Source of the DNA: a virus
Length of the DNA stretch: 64,000 nt
Reading direction: 5' to 3' (one strand)
IMG/VR virus record: IMGVR_UViG_3300045988_187372
The notes beneath the pieces are model-generated. The model made no database searches. It was not told the origin of the DNA and worked only from the letters and a program-made list of their open reading frames with translations. The translations under genes and the position numbers were made by a program. Of this stretch, positions 18,222-28,055 are shown piece after piece; the first letter of the stretch is position 1; the number at the start of each line of letters is the position of its first letter.

Positions 18222-20771
18222 CTATGAACATAACTTCTTAAGGTTATTCCTCATACCGGCTGACTCAAACTGGAAAACATTCTTAGTTCTTCCTTTTGCA
18301 TATACTTCTTTGTATACCTTATCAGCTTTAGGACCCTCTAATGGAATATTCATTACATCAATTACTTCTCCTGTATCTCTCTGAATCATTCTGAGTGTGT
18401 CGGTAATAATTGTAAGAGTTTTTAATCCAAGAAAATCCATTTTTAATAATCCATTAGCTTCGCACTGAATCATATCCATTTCTGTAGTTTTAATTCCCTT
18501 TTTTCCATCTCTAATAGGAATATAATCAGTAACATCATTACTATCATAAATAATAACACCTGCGGCATGTTGTCCGTATGTCGTAAGCATACCTTCACAA
18601 TGAGCTGCAATATTAAGAATAGAAATAGCATCTGGATTACTATTATATTCATCCTTTAAGAAATCTAACAAAGAAATGCTGTCCTGAATATTAATGCCTA
18701 ATTCATCAACCTTATTAGTATCTTTCATGCCAACAATATCTTCAAAATTAGTTGCTTTAGCAGGCACTTTCTTACGAATCTGATCTCCTAAAGATAAGAA
18801 TTTCTTTTCATCATCATAAGCTTTCTTTCCATAATATCTTGCAGCATCTCTGATAGCACCTTTAGCCTGCTGTCTTGATTCTGTAATAATTCCAACAACA
18901 GCTTCACTACCATATTTAGCTCTTACATACTCAATTGTCTTTTCTCTTACTCCAAGAGCAAGATCACTATCGATATCAGGCATACTTACTCTTTCTGGAT
19001 TTAAGAATCGTTCAAAAATCAGATTATACTTAAATGGATCAATTCCGGTAATACCAAGTAAATATGTAACCAATGAACCGGCACCTGAACCTCTTCCAAT
19101 GCCTATTCCAATTCCGGTATTATAATTGTGAGCCTTAACATACTCTTTTGCACCTTCAATTGTTAAAGGTACTTCTGATAGTTTATCCATAGGTACTAAT
19201 CCACAAATTCTTCCATATTCCAGGAAGTCCTTTACAATTAAATGATAATCGGCAAAGCCCATCTGAATGATAATATTAAGTTCGTATTCCATTCGTTTCT
19301 GATGTTCTTCATCCCATCCTTTTCCGTTAGGATATCTCCAATTAATTCCCTTAATTGCTTCAGATCTTAATAATTCGTTTGAGTCCTTGTTCTTATCAAA
19401 TACTGGATAATGATTAGATTTTTCTGGAATATAAGCACATCTTTTTCCAATTACATTTAAGTTATTGAGTGCTTCTGCAACCTGATCATCTGTTAATATA
19501 GCTGATAAGGCCTGAGCAAGTTCGTAAGGTGTTTTTACATATAACTCTTTATCTGATTCCGACTCACTTATCTTAATAAATCTTAAAAATTTAGCTACAT
19601 TACGCATATCAATACTTCTATCAGAATTATCTGCCATATGTGCATCATTAGCAGCAACTAATGGGATATTATGCTTCCTTGCTAACTGAGCTAACACAGG
19701 ATATGTTCTGCTTTCCATTTCAAGCCCATGATTCTGAACTTCAATGTAATAATTACCTGCTCCAAAAATTTCCTGATAAAAAAGCATTGTCTTTTCTGCT
19801 TCAGACATTAATTCTATTGGGCTTTTCTTTAATGATTCATAATGCTGTATCTTATTTTCATGATTAATATATTCCTCTACTTTAAGACTTATATCCTTTA
19901 ACTCGGCTTTCTTAGCATTAACTAATTTTCTGACATTAGGAATTTTATCTTTAGCTTCCAGAATTTTATTATTTATCTCCTCATATTCGTTAATCAGTTT
20001 AATAAGCTCTGGATCATCATCATTTAAACACTTTCTTGCATCTCTTAATTTTCTTGAAATCTGTGTTCTTTCTGATTTAAGTTCCTTGGAATCACGAATA
20101 TTAATCAATTCATCTAAATCTGCCGATACCCTTTCAAATTCATCTTTAGCTGAAAGATATTCTTTATCATCAGGACTTATACAATCACGTATAACTAGCT
20201 CGTCTTTTTCAGTAGTATGCTGCTGTGCTTTTCTTTCTCTGTTAATCATTTTATCCAAAACATCATCTGATAATAATTGCAGAGCTGGTGCACCCGAAAC
20301 GCAAGCTGAAGTTGCTATTATATCACCGTTAAAGTTATATTTCTTTAAATCTGATATTGTAATAACAGGCTTTCCCATTCTTTTTTCAGAAGCCTTAGAA
20401 TTTAACTTATCAATAATATGCTTGCCTCTTTCTGAAGTGGCTAACATAATAATATGGCCAATCTGTTCATTTATCTTAAATGGTGGCACTTCAATATAAG
20501 CCTCTACGCCATAAATGATATTAAATGGATGTTCCTCAGTACTTATTTTCTTAGCGTAATCAATACATGTTTGCATTGCTGAAAATGATGCATGGTCCGT
20601 AACAGCAAATTTAGTATATCCTGCATTAAATGCAGCATCTAAATAACTTTTAGGTTCATCTACGGCATCAAACAAAGAGCCTCCTGGATGGTTATGTTCA
20701 CACACTGTAACTCCTGATTCAATAACCTTTTTTGTTAATTCTCCAATTTTTACATGTTCAAACATTGACAT
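18222..20771 (-). CDS. dnaE: DNA polymerase III alpha subunit, N-terminal fragment (PHP + palm)
   Basis: AVTDHASFSAMQ (PHP), YIEVQNHGLEME...PLVAANDAHM, PDIDSDLAL, KMDFLGLKTLTII, ends QFESAGMRNNLKKLCS* exactly where the C-fragment gene resumes; promoter 20805-20820. Confidence 0.9.
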   Translation of the reverse strand: MSMFEHVKIGELTKKVIESGVTVCEHNHPGGSLFDAVDEPKSYLDAAFNAGYTKFAVTDHASFSAMQTCIDYAKKISTEEHPFNIIYGVEAYIEVPPFKINEQIGHIIMLATSERGKHIIDKLNSKASEKRMGKPVITISDLKKYNFNGDIIATSACVSGAPALQLLSDDVLDKMINRERKAQQHTTEKDELVIRDCISPDDKEYLSAKDEFERVSADLDELINIRDSKELKSERTQISRKLRDARKCLNDDDPELIKLINEYEEINNKILEAKDKIPNVRKLVNAKKAELKDISLKVEEYINHENKIQHYESLKKSPIELMSEAEKTMLFYQEIFGAGNYYIEVQNHGLEMESRTYPVLAQLARKHNIPLVAANDAHMADNSDRSIDMRNVAKFLRFIKISESESDKELYVKTPYELAQALSAILTDDQVAEALNNLNVIGKRCAYIPEKSNHYPVFDKNKDSNELLRSEAIKGINWRYPNGKGWDEEHQKRMEYELNIIIQMGFADYHLIVKDFLEYGRICGLVPMDKLSEVPLTIEGAKEYVKAHNYNTGIGIGIGRGSGAGSLVTYLLGITGIDPFKYNLIFERFLNPERVSMPDIDSDLALGVREKTIEYVRAKYGSEAVVGIITESRQQAKGAIRDAARYYGKKAYDDEKKFLSLGDQIRKKVPAKATNFEDIVGMKDTNKVDELGINIQDSISLLDFLKDEYNSNPDAISILNIAAHCEGMLTTYGQHAAGVIIYDSNDVTDYIPIRDGKKGIKTTEMDMIQCEANGLLKMDFLGLKTLTIITDTLRMIQRDTGEVIDVMNIPLEGPKADKVYKEVYAKGRTKNVFQFESAGMRNNLKKLCS

Positions 20772-20804
20772 TAAATTTCCTCCTTTATAAATTTTATAAT
20801 TAAT

Positions 20805-20820
20805 ACATGACAGAAAAAAT
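20805..20820 (-). promoter_or_regulatory. conserved promoter motif
   Basis: ACATGACAGAAAAAAT upstream of DnaE N-fragment. Confidence 0.6.
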
Positions 20821-20849
20821 ACACCAGTTGACTAATCTCAACTGGTGTA
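20820..20849 (-). terminator. intrinsic terminator
   Basis: TACACCAGTTGAGATTAGTCAACTGGTGTA + TTTTTT. Confidence 0.65.
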
Positions 20850-20882
20850 TAAATACACATTATTTAATTGTTAATTATTTTA

Positions 20883-22034
20883 TTATTCTACCTTAACAAC
20901 GTCTCCTCTATCTGATGTTTCAGTAATAACAATATACTTGATTTCCATATTGTCGTTTGCAAGAGCAATTCTTGTTACATTATCTTCCTTACTTGTATCG
21001 ACAATCCAATCATATCCTTCAACTGCAGACATTATCTTTGAATCAGTAATGATTTTATCAACATACTCTCCAATCATAATTCTGTCTTCAAGTCTGATAA
21101 AATCAGCACTATTCCAACCAATTGAAACAGATTTAATATGTGAAGGGATATTAATACTATTGAGCCTCATTAATGTACCACCATTAAGAGCAATCATTTC
21201 TGCTTTAATATGATCCATTTCGATTAATTCCTTAGTATTAGTAATTGTATCTAAATGATAATCACAATTATTGCATTCATCATAATCTCCACAATCATTT
21301 TCGCAGTCATAACCACAATCACAATCAGGATTATAATAATTATTATCACATACCTGCTCTGTATATTCAATGACCCATGTAGGTACATTCATTGAATTTC
21401 TTACAGTAATGACATTATTGATTGGTGCGTCAAGCATTAAATAACTTGAAATATAATTCTTTGCACCATCATAAACGATAATTTCAGCATTATCAAAATA
21501 TTCAGCGAAAATATCTTTTCCATTAAAATCCTTCTTTGTTTCAAAGTGTGTATAGGAAGTCTTTAGTATCACATATTTGTCACATACACCTATAACTTCC
21601 GGCATTGGAATTGAAACTGGAATAAGTTTCTTAAACTTATCCTCATCCGGCTTATAAGCAAATAAATCAATATAATTATCATGTTCTGTTGTGTTTTCTC
21701 TAGGTAATACAGATAATAAAAGCTTACCTGGAACAGATGTAACGATACTCTTAATTACCAGTGAACCCTGCTGTGTAGCAGCAACACCATCCTTAAGTAA
21801 AATTCCGTCTTCTACTGAATATCCATCTGGAATATCTGGAATATTAGGATTGCTGATAAGTCTAAAAGCAATTGCGTTAGATGATGATATCATAACAGAT
21901 ATATCCTCGTTTACTTCACCATTTTCTAAAAGACAAGCCGTTCCTACGCCATCGGTAACAGATGTAATTAAATACTGTCTGTTGTCAACCTTGTTTAATA
22001 CTGTTACATTTTCTAAAATTTTGTTTTCTCTCAT
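20883..22034 (-). CDS. paralog family protein with Cys/Asp-rich insertion
   Basis: N- and C-terminal thirds similar to 22167..23216 product; unique CDNNYYNPDCDCGYDCENDCGDYDECNNCDYH segment. Confidence 0.6.
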   Translation of the reverse strand: MRENKILENVTVLNKVDNRQYLITSVTDGVGTACLLENGEVNEDISVMISSSNAIAFRLISNPNIPDIPDGYSVEDGILLKDGVAATQQGSLVIKSIVTSVPGKLLLSVLPRENTTEHDNYIDLFAYKPDEDKFKKLIPVSIPMPEVIGVCDKYVILKTSYTHFETKKDFNGKDIFAEYFDNAEIIVYDGAKNYISSYLMLDAPINNVITVRNSMNVPTWVIEYTEQVCDNNYYNPDCDCGYDCENDCGDYDECNNCDYHLDTITNTKELIEMDHIKAEMIALNGGTLMRLNSINIPSHIKSVSIGWNSADFIRLEDRIMIGEYVDKIITDSKIMSAVEGYDWIVDTSKEDNVTRIALANDNMEIKYIVITETSDRGDVVKVE

Positions 22035-22071
22035 AATGAAAAATCTCCTTTTTTTATTTTATTCAAATAAA

Positions 22072-22086
22072 ATATGACAGAAAAAT
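22072..22086 (-). promoter_or_regulatory. conserved promoter motif
   Basis: ATATGACAGAAAAAT upstream of 20883..22034. Confidence 0.6.
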
Positions 22087-22166
22087 TAAAACAAAATAGG
22101 ATTAAAGCATATACATGCCTTAACCCTACTTTTTAAATTAATTATAGAGAATTCCGTTAATATCAA

Positions 22167-23216
22167 TTACTCTATGGTTATAATGTCTCCTCTATCTCTT
22201 GTTTCAGAAATAACAAGAGTCTTTATCTCCATAGTATTTGTATTAGCAAGAGAAATTCTTGTAACATGATCCTTAGATGTAATATCCACAATTACATTAT
22301 AACCTGCAAGCTCAGCAACTATCTTATCTGGGATCTTATATGTGATATCATTAATATACCACTTGCCTGAAGAAGCTTTAATCAGGCTTGCATTATATCC
22401 CTTTGAAATTGATTCTGGAACACTGTCAATTGCTGTTGTCTTATAAAGACTTAATGAATGACCTTCAGAAGCAACAAATCTTAATGTAATATAATCATCT
22501 TCCTTGATAACTCCGTCAGAATCGACTACTGTATCTGCTTCAATTGCGAAAATTGTTTCATTAGGTGCCTTAACAGAATCTACAGCCTTAATTGGCTCCG
22601 CAAAAGAAACATGATCAACAACTGCATCAGACATTACATCATATAACATGATTGCTGCAGCATCAAAGATATTATCTGTTTCAATAGTTCCATCTTCAAG
22701 CTTCTTATCCTTAGTATAAGTTCTTGAATATGTCATATATAACTGCATCTTATTCTCAGAAGAAGCAATGATTGTAACTTCTGGAATAGATCTTCTGATA
22801 AGCTTATTAAACTTATCTGACTCAACTGTATATGACATAATATCGAAATAACCTTCTCTTGGCTCTCTTGGTTCAACAGATAAAATAAGCCTTCCTGCAA
22901 CACCTGCAATAATACTATTAATTACTAGTGAACCCTGTTCTGTAGCAGGGACTCCATCCTTAAGCAAAATTCCGTTTTCTACAGTATATCCAGTTGGAAC
23001 ATCTGGAATATTAGGATCATCAATCAGCTTGTAAGCTATTGCATTATTAGCTGTAATTACTGCAGTAACCGAATCATCAAGTGAACCATCCTCTTTGATT
23101 AACTTGGCTGTTCCTTTAATGGAATCACCTGAACCATCAACATTAATTATCTGGTAATTCTTACGGTCTACCTTGTTTAATACTGTTACATTAGTCTTAA
23201 TCTTGTTTATTCTCAT
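22167..23216 (-). CDS. paralog family protein
   Basis: MRINKIKTNVTVLNKVD... / ...EIKTLVISETRDRGDIITIE conserved with upstream paralog. Confidence 0.6.
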   Translation of the reverse strand: MRINKIKTNVTVLNKVDRKNYQIINVDGSGDSIKGTAKLIKEDGSLDDSVTAVITANNAIAYKLIDDPNIPDVPTGYTVENGILLKDGVPATEQGSLVINSIIAGVAGRLILSVEPREPREGYFDIMSYTVESDKFNKLIRRSIPEVTIIASSENKMQLYMTYSRTYTKDKKLEDGTIETDNIFDAAAIMLYDVMSDAVVDHVSFAEPIKAVDSVKAPNETIFAIEADTVVDSDGVIKEDDYITLRFVASEGHSLSLYKTTAIDSVPESISKGYNASLIKASSGKWYINDITYKIPDKIVAELAGYNVIVDITSKDHVTRISLANTNTMEIKTLVISETRDRGDIITIE

Positions 23217-23254
23217 GATTAAGTCCTCCTTTTATTTTTTATTTAATACAAATT

Positions 23255-23271
23255 ACATATGACAGAAAAAT
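23255..23271 (-). promoter_or_regulatory. conserved promoter motif
   Basis: ACATATGACAGAAAAAT upstream of 22167..23216. Confidence 0.6.
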
Positions 23272-23327
23272 AAAAATAAACAAAAAATAGGACTTGTTTT
23301 TTTTGTAAATCCTATTTTTATTAATTA

Positions 23328-23945
23328 TTAAAATTTATTTAAATTAATTGATTGCTGATATTTACTTCTTTTATCATTTATTTTATATGATTTTTGCTTT
23401 TCTGTATCATACTTTTTTGCCAAAGAATCTACATATTCATCAAAATCAGTTCTTAAATTCTGAGAATTATTATTAGCATAATCAGCTTTTTCTAATTCTT
23501 CATTTACAAGATCTGATAGTGATGTCTTAAGAACATGCTCCATTTTTTCCTTTTCAGTTTTTCTTTTTTCATTATTCTTACGAATTATATTACCGATAAC
23601 TATTATCGCAATAACAATAACTATAAAAATACCTATACAAATTAATATACCCTTAATCGGAATATTAGTTAAAACATCTGATATGCTATTTCCAATATTA
23701 TCTGTAGCTTCTGTAGTACTTTCCGAATCTGTTTGTGAAATATTATATTCGGTTCTTAAAATTGAAATTAAAATAGAAAATATATATCTTGAAAAAATCA
23801 AGATTGTCCCCACTATACAGTTACCAACTCCAATAGATACTCCTGACTCATCATCATTTAAAACTGATCCAAGTATATTAGAAAAACCTGTAGCAACAAT
23901 GATAACCCCTAAGCAGCCTAAACATGTGCTTATTACATTTAACAT
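23328..23945 (-). CDS. membrane protein
   Basis: 205 aa, two TM helices, K/E-rich tail. Confidence 0.5.
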   Translation of the reverse strand: MLNVISTCLGCLGVIIVATGFSNILGSVLNDDESGVSIGVGNCIVGTILIFSRYIFSILISILRTEYNISQTDSESTTEATDNIGNSISDVLTNIPIKGILICIGIFIVIVIAIIVIGNIIRKNNEKRKTEKEKMEHVLKTSLSDLVNEELEKADYANNNSQNLRTDFDEYVDSLAKKYDTEKQKSYKINDKRSKYQQSINLNKF

Positions 23946-24208
23946 AAAAACTCCTTACATTTAAATATACTCTAAAACTATAATTTAAAAATTAACTTAG
24001 AGTTTTAAAATAGCATTTTTAATACTTCAATATCATCATATACAAATAAACATCGACTGAAATCCCATCTTCAGATATTTCACTGGCAACGGCATGTATT
24101 CCATCGATGAACGTCTTATTCACCTCATTTTATTGTTCAAAATATCAGCTATAGTTATAACCTTTATTGTCAATCAACACTACCCCAAAACACATCACAC
24201 ATCAATTA

Positions 24209-24376
24209 CTATTCATTTGCACAGTTCTCTACTGCAGCTTCTGTCTGCTGTGTTTCAACATTCGTATTCTTAGCTGTATTTATAACACCATAACCTACCG
24301 CAAACATTATTGCACTAACCCAAATAACAACTATTATAACAACATAAATGCCACAATCATGCAAAAAATCTAACAT
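24209..24376 (-). CDS. small membrane protein (55 aa, not in ORF track)
   Basis: MLDFLHDCGIYVVIIVVIWVSAIMFAVGYGVINTAK...; RBS GGGAGGGACAGATT-ATG. Confidence 0.4.
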   Translation of the reverse strand: MLDFLHDCGIYVVIIVVIWVSAIMFAVGYGVINTAKNTNVETQQTEAAVENCANE

Positions 24377-24523
24377 AATCTGTCCCTCCCATTTTATTTC
24401 TTCTTCTCTAATCTTTATTATTAAAATCCTGCCTTTTACAGGTAAGCAAAATGCTTAGGTTGAGTTTCACTATTTACTTTTATTGAAAAACAATAAAGGA
24501 AAATGTTAAAGCTGAATAATAAA

Positions 24524-24637
24524 TTATTCTGCCTTATTATTTTTCTTCTTGTTTTCTTCCTTTTCCTTTAAAAGACTATTCTCCATCTTTACAAAAATTG
24601 ATTTCTTCTTGCCAAAAGGCTTTGCTGTAATTCCCAT
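24524..24637 (-). CDS. small basic peptide (37 aa)
   Basis: MGITAKPFGKKKSIFVKMENSLLKEKEENKKKNNKAE; weak RBS; promoter motif ~24684. Confidence 0.25.
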   Translation of the reverse strand: MGITAKPFGKKKSIFVKMENSLLKEKEENKKKNNKAE

Positions 24638-24757
24638 TTGTTAAATCCCTTCTTAATTAAAATATTTTTTAAAGACATTTAATATATGACAGATTTAATT
24701 ACTCATTTTTTTACATAAAAAAAGAGATGGTTTTTGCCACCTCTTTTTTAAAATAAT

Positions 24758-25321
24758 TCAAAAATATTTCGAATAAAATAAATCAACCTGATGATACAAA
24801 TATTGCAAATCCTTATCGTTAGATATTAAGAAATTATAATCTTTTGATTTTTTGTATTCATCAAATTCCTCTCTTTCACTCTCTAAGCGTATTCGCAAAG
24901 TATCAGGATTATCTCCTCTTAGAAGCCCTCTTTTAATTATTTTATTTTCAGCCAAATCAACATATACACAAATCAAATTAAACAAATTATACTTATTATG
25001 CTCTTTTAACCATTTAACGCCATCGGGGTTTATAATGTATACGCATATATTTGAAGGTAAAGCTTCTAATGCAGCACAATATTCTATTCCAGTTTTATTA
25101 TTTTTTGTATAAGCTATAATTGTTTTTTCTTTTAAAACATTGCTCATTTCTTCCTTTGAAATAAATACATGTTCCACACCATTTGTTTCATATTCTCTTT
25201 TGGGCCTTGTTGTCATTGAAACAACTGAAGGAATTCCATACTTTTCATTTAATACCTTTGCGACTGTATCTTTGCCACTTGATGTTTTCCCTATAACTGC
25301 AATTATTGTCTTTTTATCCAT
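24758..25321 (-). CDS. guanylate kinase-like nucleotide kinase
   Basis: P-loop IAVIGKTSSGKDT and TTRPKREYETNGVEHVFIS (TTRxxRxxExxGxxYxFxS). Confidence 0.7.
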   Translation of the reverse strand: MDKKTIIAVIGKTSSGKDTVAKVLNEKYGIPSVVSMTTRPKREYETNGVEHVFISKEEMSNVLKEKTIIAYTKNNKTGIEYCAALEALPSNICVYIINPDGVKWLKEHNKYNLFNLICVYVDLAENKIIKRGLLRGDNPDTLRIRLESEREEFDEYKKSKDYNFLISNDKDLQYLYHQVDLFYSKYF

Positions 25322-25347
25322 ATTGAAATTCTCCTAATAATTAATAA

Positions 25348-25497
25348 CTAATGCCATAAGCAATTATATAATTCATCAATGCGGTTCTGGCATCTGTCAG
25401 CTTCTAATTCATTACCGGATTCCGAATACTGGTCCCTTTTAATTTCCCAATTTTGAATTTCTTTTTTTATTCTTGTATATTTACCATTTTCTTTCAT
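25348..25497 (-). CDS. small protein (49 aa, not in ORF track)
   Basis: MKENGKYTRIKKEIQNWEIKRDQYSESGNELEADRCQNRIDELYNCLWH; strong RBS AAAAGGAG; promoter motif 25531-25547. Confidence 0.45.
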   Translation of the reverse strand: MKENGKYTRIKKEIQNWEIKRDQYSESGNELEADRCQNRIDELYNCLWH

Positions 25498-25530
25498 ATA
25501 TTAACTCCTTTTATCTTAAAATTTATTAAA

Positions 25531-25547
25531 TATATGACAGAAAAAAA
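25531..25547 (-). promoter_or_regulatory. conserved promoter motif
   Basis: TATATGACAGAAAAAAA upstream of small gene 25348..25497 and gmk-like gene. Confidence 0.55.
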
Positions 25548-25593
25548 GTCCCATTAATTAAATGGGACTAAAAATTATTTTTATGAATTAATG

Positions 25594-25848
25594 CTATTTA
25601 TCATCCATATTTTCATTAATATTATCAATATTAATGACATCATTTTTATCAGCTATTATTATATAAGATGATATTATTTTTGCAATAAATAAAGCATTAA
25701 CTACAATTAAAATAACTCCTGGAATTATGTTATCAAAGTGCTTAATAACATCAAAAGCAATATCAGGAATGAACATAAAAGCTTCAATTATACAAGAAAA
25801 TATTACACTATCTATTCCTTTTCTTATGCCTACTATATATTTATCCAT
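25594..25848 (-). CDS. small membrane protein
   Basis: 84 aa, two TM helices; RBS AAAAAAGGAG. Confidence 0.5.
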   Translation of the reverse strand: MDKYIVGIRKGIDSVIFSCIIEAFMFIPDIAFDVIKHFDNIIPGVILIVVNALFIAKIISSYIIIADKNDVINIDNINENMDDK

Positions 25849-25875
25849 GATGTTCTCCTTTTTTTTCTTTCCATA

Positions 25876-26772
25876 CTAAATTACTGCACATTGCAAATTT
25901 AACCGGTTTATTATACTTGCTACATGCTCCTTACATTTTTCAATTAAAATACATTTCCTTTTTTTATTAAGACATGCTTCTCCTGTAACGCCACTCCCTG
26001 CAAATTGATCTAAAACTAATTCACCAGGTAAAGTAAAATATTCTAACAACTGTTCAAATAAAGCAACTGGTTTTTCTGTCTGGACATTCTTTAATTTATT
26101 AGGAATGGCCTGCACATTAAATTCAGTAGGCAGCATTCCATTAGCTCCACTCATAAATCTGGTAGGTACTCCATTTATAACGCCTCTTTGCTTATCTGGT
26201 CTTAATGCTCTTGGCTTACCTTTACTAAAAATCATTATGTCTTCTGTATTTTTAGCTTTTCTGCCTGTATTACTTACAAATGTACCTTTTTTCCATGCAA
26301 CTTTTGCATAATACTTAAATCCTGCCTGTTCTGCCATCTTCTTAATCTCATACAAATAATCAAAATTATTCTCATTTTCTGCAGGTAAAATTTCTACTAA
26401 GAAACTGCCTTCCTTTAATACCCTAGCTTTTTCCATAAAATCTGATAAGGTATATTTAAAACAATCATACTGAGCTAAATGTCTTGTTCCACCATTATTA
26501 GATTTTTTATCATCCCATGGATGATCAGTAATTATGCAATCCATAGATTCACTTTCAAAAACAGATAAATCTCTTCCATCGCCTTCAATAAGAACTACAT
26601 CATCTGTTACATATAGTCCTTTTGATAGTTTCTTAAATTCTTTACCTAAATTTTCATAAATTCTTGCTCTGACTGACTCTTTTGGATATGAGGGATTAAC
26701 AGCATATGCTTCTTTTAGTGTAAACTGCTTCCCTGGTTTAAAAGCCGCTAACAGATTTGATAAAACACTCAT
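25876..26772 (-). CDS. DNA methyltransferase (beta-class, N4-C or N6-A)
   Basis: IITDHPW (DPPY-like motif IV) followed by VLDQFAGSGVTGEA (FxGxG motif I). Confidence 0.75.
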   Translation of the reverse strand: MSVLSNLLAAFKPGKQFTLKEAYAVNPSYPKESVRARIYENLGKEFKKLSKGLYVTDDVVLIEGDGRDLSVFESESMDCIITDHPWDDKKSNNGGTRHLAQYDCFKYTLSDFMEKARVLKEGSFLVEILPAENENNFDYLYEIKKMAEQAGFKYYAKVAWKKGTFVSNTGRKAKNTEDIMIFSKGKPRALRPDKQRGVINGVPTRFMSGANGMLPTEFNVQAIPNKLKNVQTEKPVALFEQLLEYFTLPGELVLDQFAGSGVTGEACLNKKRKCILIEKCKEHVASIINRLNLQCAVI

Positions 26773-26785
26773 AATATATTCTCCT

Positions 26786-27652
26786 TTATTTTGTTTGATA
26801 AAGAAGATATGACAGAAAATTATTTACATTAGAATGTGAACTGTTATTTCTTATTACTAAAATATTTCTGATAACAATTATGAAAAATATAATACTCATT
26901 ACGATTAGACAAATATTTTGTAACATAACAGGCATAAAAGAGTACAATACACTACTTGCATTAACTCCAATATGAATTAAAATAGAGGACAATAAATTAT
27001 CTGTTTTTATATATACATAGGCTAATATAATACCGAAAATAAATGCATAAGTGCTTTGAATAATATTAAAATGCACTAATCCAAAAACGAAAGCTGATAT
27101 ATAAATTGAGCTTACATCTGGTTTCTTAAAGAATTTGTTTTGCTTTATTATTTTTGTAATACCGTATCTAAATATTAATTCTTCAACAACTGGCGTAATA
27201 ACACCTGTTATTAAGAGTACTTGAAGCCAATTTCCGGTTACAGCAACATTCATCAAAGAATTATATGAATTAGAAACCAAATTATTAGGTAAGGAATCTA
27301 TTACCACAGAAGCTAAAAAATTCATAATAATGCCTGTTAAAATAAATGTCTTGACATCTTTTAATGATAATTTTGAAATAAATATGATTGATTTATTAAC
27401 TTTATATTCTTTAAGCACAACAAACCCAAGTATTATAATGTCAGAAACAAATAATGCAGGCATAATTAATTCACTGAGCATACTAAGATAACTATATGAA
27501 AGTAAATTACCTGTTTCTATACATACATATAAATTATCATACCATTGTGAGTCAGAAAACAATTTAAAAATAAATACACCCAATGTACATATAATTTGAG
27601 TAATAAGAAAAACAAATACTATTCCAATCATCTTTGTAATTTGTTTAATCAT
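26786..27652 (-). CDS. CPBP-family (CAAX/Abi) intramembrane metalloprotease
   Basis: EELIFRYGITK and FGLVHFN motifs in polytopic membrane protein. Confidence 0.7.
   Translation of the reverse strand: MIKQITKMIGIVFVFLITQIICTLGVFIFKLFSDSQWYDNLYVCIETGNLLSYSYLSMLSELIMPALFVSDIIILGFVVLKEYKVNKSIIFISKLSLKDVKTFILTGIIMNFLASVVIDSLPNNLVSNSYNSLMNVAVTGNWLQVLLITGVITPVVEELIFRYGITKIIKQNKFFKKPDVSSIYISAFVFGLVHFNIIQSTYAFIFGIILAYVYIKTDNLLSSILIHIGVNASSVLYSFMPVMLQNICLIVMSIIFFIIVIRNILVIRNNSSHSNVNNFLSYLLYQTK
26806..26820 (-). promoter_or_regulatory. conserved promoter motif
   Basis: GATATGACAGAAAAT upstream of methyltransferase. Confidence 0.6.
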
Positions 27653-27939
27653 TTTTTAGTTGACCTCCATTTTGCCTTATTTTTATTTTGATATGATTTT
27701 TCAATTTCCAAATGGTCTTTTATCTGCTGCATACAATCTTCTAATGAAGCTTTTGTTTTTGCTGTATTAATATCCTTTTGTGTTATTTGTTTTACATGCT
27801 CTTTAGCTAAATTTTCATCCGAATAATAAGTTTGTGTTGATTCACTATATTTTATTACCGCAATATTCTTTTCTTCATTTCTTGTATTAAAAGCTTTGTT
27901 TAATTGTATTGCAATATTAAATTTTTGATTCAAGTCCAT
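27649..27939 (-). CDS. basic hypothetical protein
   Basis: 96-aa ORF; promoter-motif variant ATATGACGGAG at ~27980. Confidence 0.45.
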   Translation of the reverse strand: MDLNQKFNIAIQLNKAFNTRNEEKNIAVIKYSESTQTYYSDENLAKEHVKQITQKDINTAKTKASLEDCMQQIKDHLEIEKSYQNKNKAKWRSTKK

Positions 27940-28055
27940 TATTATAATTCCTTCCTAAAAAAAGTTTATATATATTAATATGACGGAGTGAAACAAAAAA
28001 AATAGCAGGAATTAACCTGCTATTTTTTATTATATTCAATTGTATTAAATATTGA

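Noticed and set aside
10817-20771. Inteins in the split DnaE
   Set aside because: There is no Cys-initiated extension after the N-fragment and no HN-(C/S/T) junction before ALYRPGP. The fragment lengths match a clean fission, so protein trans-splicing is not supported.
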